Assembly (NCBI GenBank): GCA_965116875.1
Contig: OZ220733.1
Span: forward strand, 1,152,001-1,216,000
Source: Candidatus Latescibacterota bacterium
GTDB taxonomy: Bacteria > Latescibacterota > UBA2968 > GCA-2709665
DNA length: 64,000 bases
Reading direction: 5' to 3'
Positions 9,595-19,763 of this stretch are shown piece by piece (the stretch's first letter is position 1; every line of letters starts with the position of its first letter). Below the pieces are notes generated by a model that was not told the DNA's origin, made no database searches, and saw only the letters and a list, made by a program, of their open reading frames with translations. The position numbers and the translations under genes were made by a program.

Positions 9595-10587
9595 ATGGAA
9601 AAACTGGGCGTTGGGATTGTGGGCATCGGACACGCGGGACGGGAACATTTCAAGGCGTTTGACGAGAATCCAGATGCCGAAGTGCGGGCGGCCTGGGCGC
9701 CGAGCGTGCGCAGACTGGACCTGTTCCCCGGTTCCATGGACCTGTTTACTTCGACGTATGAGACGATGCTGGTACGCGACGATATCGACGTCATCTCTCT
9801 TTGCAGCCCCAACTACGCGCACGCGGATCAGGCGGTTGCGGCACTGGAAGCAGGCAAGCACGTGATCTGCGAGAAACCCCTGGCGACCACGCTGGAGGAC
9901 TGCGAACGGATCGTGCGGGCGGCCGACGCGCAGCCGGCGCTCAAGTTCATGGTGGGGCAGAGCGCGCGGTTCAATCCCATCTGCAAGACAATCAAACGCA
10001 TGTACGACGACGGAGAACTGGGGGAAGCCTTTTACGCCGAGGCGGACTATCTGCACAACATCGGGAAACGGATCAAGGACTGGTGGGTCGACGACCGGAA
10101 TCCGCACTTCGGCCTGATGGGGGGCGGCGTCCACCCCATCGATCTCCTGCGATGGATCGTTGGCGATATCGACGAAGTATTCGCCATTTCCAACCACAAG
10201 GTGCTCGCCGAATTTCCGCATGACGACGCATACCTGATGAATTTCAGATTCGAGAACGGTTGCATGGGCAAGATGGCCGCGTTTCTCGGATGCCAGCGTC
10301 CGTACGAACTGAATCTCGCCATATACGGCACAAGGGGCACGGCGATTAACGACAGGTTATACCTCAGCAAAGTCGAGGAACTGGAGGATTTCATCCGGCT
10401 GCCAATTACGATTCTCGCCGAGCACCCCACGTTCGGCGAAGAGATGGCGCATTTTGTGGACAGTATTCTGAACGACACGACGCCGATGATCGACGTGCGG
10501 GACGGGGCGAAATCCGCCGCCACCTGCATCGCGGGCGCGGAGTCCATCAGGACCGGCAGACCCGTCCGCGTGAGGAACTCGTTTTGA
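9595..10587 (+). CDS. Gfo/Idh/MocA family oxidoreductase
   Basis: GIVGIGHAG Rossmann motif, GKHVICEKP, GGGVHPID. GGAGG RBS. Confidence 0.92.
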   Translation: MEKLGVGIVGIGHAGREHFKAFDENPDAEVRAAWAPSVRRLDLFPGSMDLFTSTYETMLVRDDIDVISLCSPNYAHADQAVAALEAGKHVICEKPLATTLEDCERIVRAADAQPALKFMVGQSARFNPICKTIKRMYDDGELGEAFYAEADYLHNIGKRIKDWWVDDRNPHFGLMGGGVHPIDLLRWIVGDIDEVFAISNHKVLAEFPHDDAYLMNFRFENGCMGKMAAFLGCQRPYELNLAIYGTRGTAINDRLYLSKVEELEDFIRLPITILAEHPTFGEEMAHFVDSILNDTTPMIDVRDGAKSAATCIAGAESIRTGRPVRVRNSF

Positions 10588-10725
10588 AATCCGTTCATTT
10601 ATCGTGAATCATTCATTAGAAATGTCGGTTTCTACTCCAGTTCGACCTGGCGGGGCTTTTTCCTGTTCATCCTGTCCATCCATGTGAGTTTGGGTTTTTG
10701 ATTTGAAGAGGTCACGGAGAATCCG

Positions 10726-11523
10726 ATGAAGCTATCGCTGTCCGGTCGGCTGGTTGAAATGACGAAACAGTCCTATGCGATGACGGTGGAAGAATTCCTG
10801 CAGCTTACGGTCAGCGCGGGTTATGAGGGCGTGCACCTGAGGGACGGACAGATCGATCACCTCATCAGGGAGGAACGATTCGATGAGGTTGAAGCCCTCT
10901 ATGCCGGACACGGGCTGGGCTGCAGCATGCTCTGGGGACGGCTGGATTCGGATTCGTTCGACGCGGACCTGACCCGGAAGAAACTGGCGCTGCTGCCGCG
11001 TGTCGGGCTGGACCAGTTGATGATCGGATATCCAACGGACGTCGATTTGATCCGTGAATGGTGCGACCTGGCCGCACGGCAGGAAATCACCCTTGTCATC
11101 GCCTGTCATTTCAACAGCATGTTCGAGGATATCCACCGTGCCCGGGATTTCATCGTAAAGGTGGACCGCCCCAACCTCGGGCTGAACGTCGATCCGTTGA
11201 ATATCCACATGGCGGAACAGGACTACGGGCTGGCCACCCTGGAACAGGTGAGAGATCTGCTGTGCATCGTCAACGTACAGGGCGGCGTGCTGCACCAGGG
11301 CGAGCAGACCATTCGCCGGTACTACCTGAAGACCACTCCGACGTTTCGAAGGGCATATCTTTGCGACGAGGACCATCTCGACGTCCCCGGGTTCATATCG
11401 AATCTGAAAACCATCGGATATCAAGGGTACGTCAACGTCCTCGAACCGTATTCGAGGGACGAAGACCTCTCTCGGGTGGCGTCGGCAACGGCGCGCATGC
11501 TCCGGGGTTACATCGATGGATGA
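10726..11523 (+). CDS. sugar phosphate isomerase/epimerase (xylose-isomerase-like TIM barrel)
   Basis: AGYEGVHL, NLGLNVDPLN, LKTIGYQGYVNVLE. Confidence 0.75.
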   Translation: MKLSLSGRLVEMTKQSYAMTVEEFLQLTVSAGYEGVHLRDGQIDHLIREERFDEVEALYAGHGLGCSMLWGRLDSDSFDADLTRKKLALLPRVGLDQLMIGYPTDVDLIREWCDLAARQEITLVIACHFNSMFEDIHRARDFIVKVDRPNLGLNVDPLNIHMAEQDYGLATLEQVRDLLCIVNVQGGVLHQGEQTIRRYYLKTTPTFRRAYLCDEDHLDVPGFISNLKTIGYQGYVNVLEPYSRDEDLSRVASATARMLRGYIDG

Positions 11524-11571
11524 CCACGGGTAATGGCGCCCGGACTTGGTTCCATGCCCGGATGTCGTGTG

Positions 11572-11601
11572 TGAAGGTGGGGCAGACATTCCTGTCTGCC
11601 G
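11572..11601 (+). repeat. REP-like palindrome (GTGGGGCAGACATTCCTGTCTGCC family), copy 1
   Basis: GGCAGACA/TGTCTGCC stem. Related copies at 21046-21075 (reverse) and 47300-47324. Confidence 0.75.
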
Positions 11602-11703
11602 GTCTCCATACGCGTCCTGGCAGGCAGCAAAACAGCGCCCGGGTCGGGGTCCGCACGTTCCTTCGATCATTATAAATTCATCTAATCGCGGTATGAAAAA
11701 TAC

Positions 11704-11731
11704 TTGACAGCGTTAATTTTCGTGCATTAAT
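11704..11731 (+). promoter_or_regulatory. putative sigma70 promoter of the outer-membrane operon
   Basis: Perfect TTGACA at 11704-11709, 16-bp spacer, TG-n-ATTAAT, in an AT-rich intergenic patch. Confidence 0.4.
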
Positions 11732-11928
11732 TGCGATATGTAGTAATCCTACTATTGAGAATCGACCGGTACAAATTCCAACCTTTTGATCGAACACGTG
11801 CGCAGAGACAACGGACAACCACACCGCGAGGAGGTGATGATTCGACTGGATTGAGGGTGCGTTTTGCAAAAAGGCGCCGGAGTGTCCGGATGTTGCTCGT
11901 GACATCTGAATCATCAAGGAGGTTGAAT

Positions 11929-12645
11929 ATGCGTAACGGTGTGTTGGTGTGTATGGCGGCGGCGCTGCTGCTGCTTTCGGGGGGAACGGCCTATGGGGGC
12001 GGCGTGGCCGGAAGTTGGGGGCTCGGGACGTTCCTGGACTACAACCGGTCCATCTTCAAGCTGAAGGACTGGTATGAAACCGGCCGGGGGCAGGCCGGCG
12101 TGGTGTTCACCTACGTGATGAGTCCACGCACCAGCGTGGAGATGGAGTTTCACCGGTCCATCTTCGAGAACGGAGTACTGGAAGACACTCCGTTTACCTG
12201 GCCCATAGACGGCAGGGACTACAAGTCCCCCAATGCTGCGAGCGAGATGCGTATCAGCAGCTTTCTGGTGAACGCGGTGGTCAGACGTGGAGGCGGAGGC
12301 ATCCTGGCCAAGGAGAAGTATTCCACCTACGTGACCGTCGGCGCTGGCTTCTACGACTACAAGACGGACGTGAGCGGACTGATCTTTCCCGGTCAGCGTG
12401 AAGCGCCCCTCGACAAGGAACTGGTGATCGAGCCGTTCAGCGATTCGCGCACGGCGCTCGGCGCCAACGTGGGCCTGGGCGTGGAGGCGTTTGTGTTCGA
12501 CAACATTTCGCTGGACGTGCGCGCGCGGTACAACCTCCTGTTGGGCGAGTTGAGGCCGATGGAAGCGTGGGGCCTCGAGGGCCAGACGTTTCCGATGCAA
12601 TTCCTGAATGCGCGGGGAGGCATCCGGTTCTACTTCAAGAAATAA
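11929..12645 (+). CDS. outer-membrane beta-barrel protein (8-stranded type)
   Basis: AAGGAGG RBS, signal peptide, alternating beta strands (YVTVGAGFY, LGANVGLGVE, SLDVRARY), terminal GIRFYF. Confidence 0.8.
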   Translation: MRNGVLVCMAAALLLLSGGTAYGGGVAGSWGLGTFLDYNRSIFKLKDWYETGRGQAGVVFTYVMSPRTSVEMEFHRSIFENGVLEDTPFTWPIDGRDYKSPNAASEMRISSFLVNAVVRRGGGGILAKEKYSTYVTVGAGFYDYKTDVSGLIFPGQREAPLDKELVIEPFSDSRTALGANVGLGVEAFVFDNISLDVRARYNLLLGELRPMEAWGLEGQTFPMQFLNARGGIRFYFKK

Positions 12646-12724
12646 CAACGCAGGCGTGGTGGCATTTTTTAATTAGAGTTGAAATGACCTGAACGTGAAG
12701 CAGACGCCGCGAAAAGGAGGAACC

Positions 12725-15700
12725 ATGAGCAGGCTCAGGATTTTCACGGGCGCTGTGGTCGTCTTGTTTGCCTTGTTCTTTGCAGCCAGTGCGGTCATGG
12801 CCGCGACAACCGGCAAGATCGTCGGTCGCGTGACCGATGAGAAGGGGCAACCCCTGCCGGGGGCGAGTGTGGCGCTTGAGGGAGCCCGGCTGGGTGGAAC
12901 GACCGACGCTGACGGATTCTACGTGATCGTCTCCGTCACGCCCGGCCAGTACAAGCTGACGGCATCGATGGTGGGGTATCACTCGGTGGTCAAAGAGCAG
13001 GTGGGCGTACGGGTGGACTTCACCACAACGGTTGACTTCCAGCTTCGTGAAACCGAACTGGAACTGGAAGAGATGGTGGTGGTCGCCGAGAGACCGCCAG
13101 TGGATCCCGACAAGACGGACAGCCGTTACGTCGTGACCGCCGAGGAGATCGATCGAACGCCCATTCTGAGAAATGTCACCGAGGTCCTGGAGTTGGAGCC
13201 GGGCTATGCCGTTGACGGCAGCGGCGCCATCCGGGGCTGGGTGGCCAGCCACAACGTCGTCTACATCGACGGCGTCCCCGTTTCCGGCAGAGACGGGCGC
13301 GGCATCGGCGGCGGATGGGGCGACGGTGGCGAGAGACAGTGGTACGGCGTCAACCTGAAGGCCGTGCAGGAGGTCTCGGTCATCACGGGCGGAATGAACG
13401 CCGAGTACGGAAACGCGCAGGCAGGCGTGATCCAGATCGTAACGCGCGACGGCGGCGCACAATATCACGGCGAGGCGGAGTATCGTCTCACCCCTGCCGG
13501 CAAGAAACACTGGGGCGAGAATGTCTACGAGGCGCCGGAACTGCGTGGAAACGCGAAGTGGAACGATCCGGCGTGGACGTCCGAGGTGGACCCCGAAACG
13601 GGAAATCTCGTCCACCCGCGAACCAACTACACGGACTGGCGGGGCCACTACCTGGATGGGTTTCTGAGCGGTCCCCTGTTCGGGGAGGCGTCATTCTTCG
13701 CCAGCGCCCGGCACCTGCGTGACGCCGCCGTGCTTCCCGGGCCGTGGCGAACCCGGCCGCCGAACCTCCGGACCACGGCAAAGCTGACGGTCCCGGCGGG
13801 GTCGAACATGAAGCTGCGGATCGGATGGATGTACGACTTCTCCGAGAATGTCAACAACGGACGGCTGTCCCGGTACAGCTTTCCGAACGTCATCCGGGGA
13901 ACGGGACGCGACCTCTTTATTCCCGATGGATCGGTCGCGGGCGAGGAAAAACAGACGGACAACATGATCTATGGCGTTATTACCCATACTATCAGCCCCA
14001 GGACGTTTTACGAGGTAAGCGTGTCGCGCTACCGGAGCGCTACAGACACCAGCGGCGTGGGGAATAAGACGACGGCCGTCAGGACCGACAGCGAAGGGTA
14101 CTTCTACATCGGCCGGGAGGACGTCTGGGCATTCAAGGTCGGCGAGCAGAACCGTTTCAGCCTGAAGGCCGATCTCTCCAGCCAGATGACCCGCGGACAC
14201 TTCGCCAAGACCGGCTTCGAGTTCATGACGTTCGAGAACTGGTGGACGTGGACCGGCATGACGCCCGGCGACGCGAAACGGGATATCCGTTACATCGGGC
14301 AGCCCGAACCCGGCGAGGCCGTGACGCCCAGACAGTTCGGCGCGTACGTCCAGGACAAAATGGAGTTCGAGGGGCTGATCGTCAACGTCGGCCTGCGCTA
14401 CGACCGCCTGTGGGGTCAGGACGTTCAGTTGCTGCCGTCGTTCACGTCGGGGTGGTACAACACAATGGATACGTTCATCCAGGCGCCCACCGGGCCCATG
14501 CGGACCATACAGGGCTGGAGCCCCAGGCTGGGTATCTCACACCCCATCACGGCCAGGTCCAGCATGCATTTCTACTACGGCCGATACATGATGATCCCCT
14601 CCTTCCGGCACCAGTTCGGAAGCCATTGGGAGACGGCTTCCGGGCCGGACGGGATTCCCGGCGTCCCGTGGAGTCATTTCAACGCGAAAGACGAAAGCTA
14701 CGGCGCCAACGTCATCAGCCCGGTCTGGGACCACGGTCACCCCACGACCAGTTTTGAGGTGGGCACCGACTGGAACTTCGTAAGCGACTATGTCTTTTCT
14801 CTGGCGGCGTTCTACAAGAGCGGCCATCTTCAGAGCACAGGCATCTGGCACGACGCCGTCGATCCTGTCACGGGCAGGACGGGCGCCATCGGGGGCACGT
14901 ACGGTTCCGAACGCACGGAAGACGTCAAGGGGTTCGAGTTCAGCATGCGGAAGGGCTTCAGCAACTTTTTCGCCTTCCGCGCCGCTTTGAATCTGGAGTG
15001 GCTGGAAGCCATCCACTGGCTGGGCGACCCGGAGACGGTTGCCAGCGTCCTGGTCTATCCCGACCGGAGTTTCATCGCCAGCGGAAGGTATCACAAGGAA
15101 TGGCGCGTCGCGGGCGGCCGAAGGGAACCGGTCCCGCTTACGGCGGAGGAGATCAAAACGCTTGGCGACAAAGCGGAAGAAAACCTGCAAAAGGTCCGGG
15201 AAAACGTGAATGCCTTCAACGCCCGCGGCTCGGCGCCTCTCCAGCCTGCGTGGGAAGTCGAGGGCCTGACGGACGAAGCGCGGGAATGGCTTCAGGGCAT
15301 CTGGTTTCAGAAGTTCTGGTTCAGTACCGGCAATATCTTCACGCGCGGACGCCGCAGCCAGGGCAGCCTTCAGATGTTCTTCTCCTCCCCGCTCGACTAC
15401 GGTCCGGGCGCAAAGTACGCGGGCGCCACGCTGTTCGGCGGCATCAACGCGAACCTGATCTACCGGATCTACACGGGCAGCAAGTTCAATTACATCAAGC
15501 TGACCGGAGCCAACACGCCGGCAAGACGGCCCTTGCACACGGAAGCCGACCTGAACCTGCAGAAGCACTTCCGGTTCGGGAACGTGAACGCCGATGTGTT
15601 CGTGGAAGTGTTCAACCTGTTCAACCAGCAGGACGCCAGCAGCGTCACCGGAACCGACTACATGTGGTGGGGGCTCCAGCAGCCCAGGCCCAACGACGCG

Positions 15701-15790
15701 ACGTACCTTAATTACGGGGACGTTTCAGACCGTTCGCGCTATATAGGCAATCCCCGGATAACGCACATGGGAATCAGGTTGAGCTTCTGA
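12725..15790 (+). CDS. TonB-dependent receptor with N-terminal carboxypeptidase-regulatory-like domain
   Basis: Signal peptide; GKIVGRVTD..PLPGASV; TonB-box-like EEMVVVAER; plug VITGGMNAEYGNAQAGVIQIVT; YVQDKMEF, SPRLGISHP; C-terminal F. Confidence 0.92.
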   Translation: MSRLRIFTGAVVVLFALFFAASAVMAATTGKIVGRVTDEKGQPLPGASVALEGARLGGTTDADGFYVIVSVTPGQYKLTASMVGYHSVVKEQVGVRVDFTTTVDFQLRETELELEEMVVVAERPPVDPDKTDSRYVVTAEEIDRTPILRNVTEVLELEPGYAVDGSGAIRGWVASHNVVYIDGVPVSGRDGRGIGGGWGDGGERQWYGVNLKAVQEVSVITGGMNAEYGNAQAGVIQIVTRDGGAQYHGEAEYRLTPAGKKHWGENVYEAPELRGNAKWNDPAWTSEVDPETGNLVHPRTNYTDWRGHYLDGFLSGPLFGEASFFASARHLRDAAVLPGPWRTRPPNLRTTAKLTVPAGSNMKLRIGWMYDFSENVNNGRLSRYSFPNVIRGTGRDLFIPDGSVAGEEKQTDNMIYGVITHTISPRTFYEVSVSRYRSATDTSGVGNKTTAVRTDSEGYFYIGREDVWAFKVGEQNRFSLKADLSSQMTRGHFAKTGFEFMTFENWWTWTGMTPGDAKRDIRYIGQPEPGEAVTPRQFGAYVQDKMEFEGLIVNVGLRYDRLWGQDVQLLPSFTSGWYNTMDTFIQAPTGPMRTIQGWSPRLGISHPITARSSMHFYYGRYMMIPSFRHQFGSHWETASGPDGIPGVPWSHFNAKDESYGANVISPVWDHGHPTTSFEVGTDWNFVSDYVFSLAAFYKSGHLQSTGIWHDAVDPVTGRTGAIGGTYGSERTEDVKGFEFSMRKGFSNFFAFRAALNLEWLEAIHWLGDPETVASVLVYPDRSFIASGRYHKEWRVAGGRREPVPLTAEEIKTLGDKAEENLQKVRENVNAFNARGSAPLQPAWEVEGLTDEAREWLQGIWFQKFWFSTGNIFTRGRRSQGSLQMFFSSPLDYGPGAKYAGATLFGGINANLIYRIYTGSKFNYIKLTGANTPARRPLHTEADLNLQKHFRFGNVNADVFVEVFNLFNQQDASSVTGTDYMWWGLQQPRPNDATYLNYGDVSDRSRYIGNPRITHMGIRLSF

Positions 15791-15856
15791 CGTGAGTGAG
15801 CCCCTCCGGAGAAGGAGGGACCGAACTCATTGGTCATCTTTGAGGAGGTCAAGGAA

Positions 15857-18127
15857 ATGAACAGGAATATCGTAAGCGGGATTGCGCTCCTGGCTCTGGT
15901 GTTCAGCACCGCGGTACACGCGGAACTCCGGGTCCAGTCCCGTGCGAAAGTATGGGACATCTACTGGAACTCGGGCACCCAGGGTGTGCGCGCCGCCACG
16001 CCCATGAGCTGGTACCGGCCCGTCGGTATGGCGTATCCAGGCAGGTTCTGGGTGCAGTACCCACAGGAATTCATAGACTACTGGGGCACCCGGACCTGGG
16101 GCGTCCGGTCCGAATGGGTGGTTTACTACAACGAATTGTGCGGCACCATGCCCGGCTGGAACCAGTTCATCGCGACACGGGTGGGCGGCGATTACCACGT
16201 TTCCGAATCCAAGGCCACGCTTGAATCGGAGGACGTGGTCCCCATGGCCTACGATCCTTCGCAGGGGCCGGAGAGCAATATCGGCTACCGGAAGGTATCT
16301 CCCCTGGGTCCCGATATGGCCAACTGGTGGCCGGGCCAGGCCGCGCCGGGTCCCGTTTCGCCGGTGGAGATCCACAACTACCGGTACAGCGAATATATGG
16401 AGGCCGACAAGGACAACTTTCCGGAGAGCATTATCGTCAGCAAATGGACCACGAAGAACGGCATCACCGTAACCAAGAAGTCTTACGCATGGAGCTATCC
16501 GGACTTCGACGACTTCCAGATTATGGAATATACGTTCGAGAACACCGGTGATTCGGACGGTGACGGCGTGGCGGACCTCGGCGGCGGCGGGCTGCAGTTG
16601 AACGATACGTTCCTGATCTTCTCCACCCGCTTTTACGCCTCCCAGTGCGGCCAGGCCCACTATGCGGGGGATTCATTCTTCCGGCGTACCATTCCGATCG
16701 CGCTGGACGATTGGTACAAATATACGGAAGCTGCCAACTTCGACGGTCCGGGCGATGCGTTGGGTCTCAAGATGTGGTATGCTTTTGATGCGGACAATCC
16801 CGACCTGCCTGGAAACGACATCGGCAAACCCTATAGTGAGGAACGCGCCAACCAGAGCTGGCACCAGTGCTGTCTCCAGCAGACGAAAATCGAGGGGGAG
16901 ATGGGGGCCTTCCAGTACATCGGCGCCGCCCCGCTGGCGTACACGCCCGGATCGGTCAACGATGCCTCGACCTTTACCTTCGACACCGGCGGAGATGCAA
17001 GCTTTATTGCGCCCCGGGTGGCCGACCAGCCTCATACCGTCAAGTGGTGGGACTACCGGGACCGTACCGATTTCTCGGAACCCGGTTCCGAGAACATGAG
17101 TTCCGAGCAGATCTACAACGAACTCACGAGTCCCGCGCCATTCATCATGGACAATCCCACCACGATTGACGGGCTCGTCGCTTCCTTCGCCTATGGGCCG
17201 TACGACCTGGCCCCCGGAGACAAGGTGAGAATCGTCTACGCCCTGGTGGCGGCCGCGCCGGTGGAGGAGAATATCTATGGTTGGGCCAAGCAGAGCCGGC
17301 AGGAAGATATGCTGTCGGACAAGCCCATGAACAACCTGCTCAAACACCACAAGGCCGCGACCGACGCCTTCAGGTGGAACTACGACTTGCCCGATCCCCC
17401 ACCTGACGTCAAGACGGAAACCACCGCGTCGGTCGACGGATTCAACCTTGTCAAGTGGACCGACGCCGGCGACGACGCGACCGACCCGGACTACACGGGC
17501 GCCGAGGCGCAGGATATCGTGGGCTACCGGGTCTACCGCTCGGACTACAAGATCGACGACTGGAAGCTGATGGCCGATGTCCCGCTGAAGGATCCGGAGT
17601 ACTACAGCGGCGGCACCTACCAGGTTGAAGACCGGAAGTCCGTTGCGGGTTTCGAGTACACCTACCGCGTGGCCGCCTACGACTCGGGCCACGATGACTG
17701 GAATGGAACCGGGATGGCCATTCCGTCGATGGAGGGCGGGAACAGCGCGCCCGAGCAGTGGGCGGGCGGCGTGATGACCAGCGTTCCCTTCGTGCCGGCC
17801 AACGCCTCCGCGGACCAGCTGGCGCGGAACGTGATCGTCGTCCCCAATCCGCACAAGGTGGACGGCGCCCACAACTATCCTTCGGCGGGGTTGATCCGGT
17901 TTACGAATATCCCGCAAAAGTGCACGATCCGGATCTACACCGTGGCGGGCGAGCTTGCCGCCCTGATTGAGCACGAAGACCCCGCCCGGGGCGAAGCCGG
18001 GTGGAGCCAGATCCCCCATTCGCGCGGCGGGGACGTGCCCGCCGGCGTCTACTACTGGATCGTCGAGTCCCAGATGCCGGGGAGCGCGGGCCAGACGCAA
18101 CGGGGCACGTTGATGATCATCAAGTAG
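15857..18127 (+). CDS. secreted protein with Fn3-like domain and T9SS type-A-like C-terminal sorting domain
   Basis: Signal peptide; Fn3 motifs GYRVYRS and YTYRVAAYD; CTD 'VIVVPNP..IRFTNIP..CTIRIYTVAGEL..W..PAGVYYW..GTLMIIK'. Confidence 0.8.
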   Translation: MNRNIVSGIALLALVFSTAVHAELRVQSRAKVWDIYWNSGTQGVRAATPMSWYRPVGMAYPGRFWVQYPQEFIDYWGTRTWGVRSEWVVYYNELCGTMPGWNQFIATRVGGDYHVSESKATLESEDVVPMAYDPSQGPESNIGYRKVSPLGPDMANWWPGQAAPGPVSPVEIHNYRYSEYMEADKDNFPESIIVSKWTTKNGITVTKKSYAWSYPDFDDFQIMEYTFENTGDSDGDGVADLGGGGLQLNDTFLIFSTRFYASQCGQAHYAGDSFFRRTIPIALDDWYKYTEAANFDGPGDALGLKMWYAFDADNPDLPGNDIGKPYSEERANQSWHQCCLQQTKIEGEMGAFQYIGAAPLAYTPGSVNDASTFTFDTGGDASFIAPRVADQPHTVKWWDYRDRTDFSEPGSENMSSEQIYNELTSPAPFIMDNPTTIDGLVASFAYGPYDLAPGDKVRIVYALVAAAPVEENIYGWAKQSRQEDMLSDKPMNNLLKHHKAATDAFRWNYDLPDPPPDVKTETTASVDGFNLVKWTDAGDDATDPDYTGAEAQDIVGYRVYRSDYKIDDWKLMADVPLKDPEYYSGGTYQVEDRKSVAGFEYTYRVAAYDSGHDDWNGTGMAIPSMEGGNSAPEQWAGGVMTSVPFVPANASADQLARNVIVVPNPHKVDGAHNYPSAGLIRFTNIPQKCTIRIYTVAGELAALIEHEDPARGEAGWSQIPHSRGGDVPAGVYYWIVESQMPGSAGQTQRGTLMIIK

Positions 18128-18154
18128 GGGCAGATCTCTATTTCTGCTCGGTTA

Positions 18155-18318
18155 GGAAGTTGTCTTAAAATTACCGGTGAGTTCCCGAGCGCGAGCGAAA
18201 AAGCGGCGGTCAAGGCAGGAAAATCCGCCCATATTTGTCTATACGGGTGGATTTGACCAACGCCGACCGGCGCTTTTGCAGCCGCGCGAAGACCGCTGGG
18301 AATTTTAAGACAGCTTCT
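18155..18318. mobile_element. 164-bp MITE, copy 1
   Basis: Terminal inverted repeats GAAGTTGTCTTAAAATT / AATTTTAAGACAGCTTC; non-coding; about 90% identical by eye to 29968-30131. Confidence 0.85.
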
Positions 18319-18351
18319 CAGGTCCATACTGAAACTCAAGGAGATGACGCG

Positions 18352-19305
18352 ATGAAACGGACGTTGTGGATCGGACTGACAGCGGCGGTGATCTGCGCCC
18401 TGCTCTACCCCCGGGGGGCGGATGCCCAGGACCAGCGGCGGTTGTCGCGGATGGTCCTCCCTGTTCTGAAGATCGATCACGGGGCGCGAATGGCCGGTAT
18501 GGGCGGCGCGTTCGTGGCCGTATCGGACAATATAGATGCCATCTTTTCGAATCCGGCGGGTCTCACGCATCTCGAACGTGCCGCGTTTACGCTCGGATAC
18601 ACCCGGTGGCTGATGAACGACCACATCCTTACGGGTGGCATGGCTTTCAACACGGCGCACGGCGTTGTGGGTGTCAACGTGGTTACCTTCAGCCCCCACG
18701 AGTTCGAAGAGACGACCATTTTCCAGCCCACCGGGACGGGACGGTATCCTGATATGGGCGATCTCTCACTGGGCGTGGTCTACGCCAGGAAACTGACGGA
18801 CAAACTCTCCGTGGGCTCGATGTTCCGCTGGACGCAGCAGACGCTGGATACAGACCGCCTGAACGCGTGGGACGTGGGCGTATCCACGTTTTTCTACACC
18901 GGTTTCAGGAGCCTGCGTCTGGGCATGACCTTCGAGAACATGGGCAAGGACGTCAAGGTGATTGACGACGTCCGAAAGATGCCGGTTGCCTTCAGCACGG
19001 CCGCGGCAATGGAAATTGTCGGCGCCACCGGCGACCCGACTTATATCACGGTCACCTTTGAAAACACGTACGCCACGGATTTCGCCGACCCGCAGTACCG
19101 TTTCGGCGGCGAACTCTGGCTTCAGAACAACTTTGCCCTCCGGGCGGGCTATAAGGCGAACTTCGACGAAGAGTCCTGGACGCTCGGGGCGGGCCTGAAA
19201 TTCTCGATGCCGAACGGACGGATCGTGCAGGCCGACGTCGCGTACAGCGATTTCGGCACGTACCTGGATGCCCCGCTGCGGTTCACGCTCAGCGGCGCGT
19301 TCTGA
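18352..19305 (+). CDS. PorV/PorQ family outer-membrane protein
   Basis: Signal peptide; GARMAGMGGAFVAVSD..AIFSNPAGL; FALRAGY; VDVAYSDFG-like terminal strands ending in F. Confidence 0.85.
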   Translation: MKRTLWIGLTAAVICALLYPRGADAQDQRRLSRMVLPVLKIDHGARMAGMGGAFVAVSDNIDAIFSNPAGLTHLERAAFTLGYTRWLMNDHILTGGMAFNTAHGVVGVNVVTFSPHEFEETTIFQPTGTGRYPDMGDLSLGVVYARKLTDKLSVGSMFRWTQQTLDTDRLNAWDVGVSTFFYTGFRSLRLGMTFENMGKDVKVIDDVRKMPVAFSTAAAMEIVGATGDPTYITVTFENTYATDFADPQYRFGGELWLQNNFALRAGYKANFDEESWTLGAGLKFSMPNGRIVQADVAYSDFGTYLDAPLRFTLSGAF

Positions 19306-19325
19306 GATTCCGGCGGAATTGGTAG

Positions 19326-19366
19326 AAAAAAGAAATGGCGGTCCTCAGGGATTGCCATTTCTTTTT
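19326..19366. terminator. rho-independent terminator, probably bidirectional
   Basis: AAAAAGAAATGGCGGTCC-loop-GGATTGCCATTTCTTTTT directly after the PorV-like gene. Confidence 0.75.
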
Positions 19367-19554
19367 ATCCTCTTCCCACACCTGCCCAAAATCGCCTTTT
19401 CCAAATAAACGTGGGCAGCGGTGATCGGACCAGGGGTTCTTCCCTTGCGGGTGGCCGCAGAACCTGGCAAAACCCGGAAGACGCTACACCGGACACGTGA
19501 GCCCTGCGACCCAGGGCAATCTGCCCGCCATCACGACGTGATCCACCTGTAACC

Positions 19555-19628
19555 GGAGCGAGGGCATCCTGCCCTCGGACTTCGCGTCACCTACCCCTTT
19601 TGCGTCGAGGGCAGGATGCCCTCGCTCC
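19555..19628. repeat. REPIN-like pair of inverted REP palindromes
   Basis: GGAGCGAGGGCATCCTGCCCTCG (19555-19577) and its exact reverse complement (19606-19628), 28-bp spacer. Confidence 0.8.
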
Positions 19629-19641
19629 AGGGAACGCCAAC

Positions 19642-19715
19642 GGCACAGGTCCCTTTTGTGTTTCTGTGCTTTTTGTGGCCAAATTGACGGTGATCTATTT
19701 TTGAATTGAGGTTGA
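19642..19715 (+). repeat. partial (3') copy of the ~220-bp repeat
   Basis: GGTCCCTTTTGTGTTTCTGTGCTTTTTGTGGCCAAATTGAC...GAATTGAGGTTGA matches the 3' part of copies 1 and 2. Confidence 0.7.
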
Positions 19716-19763
19716 TGTTCTGTCATCGGATTCTGCCGCCGGCGCGGTGGTGAGGGATAAAGT

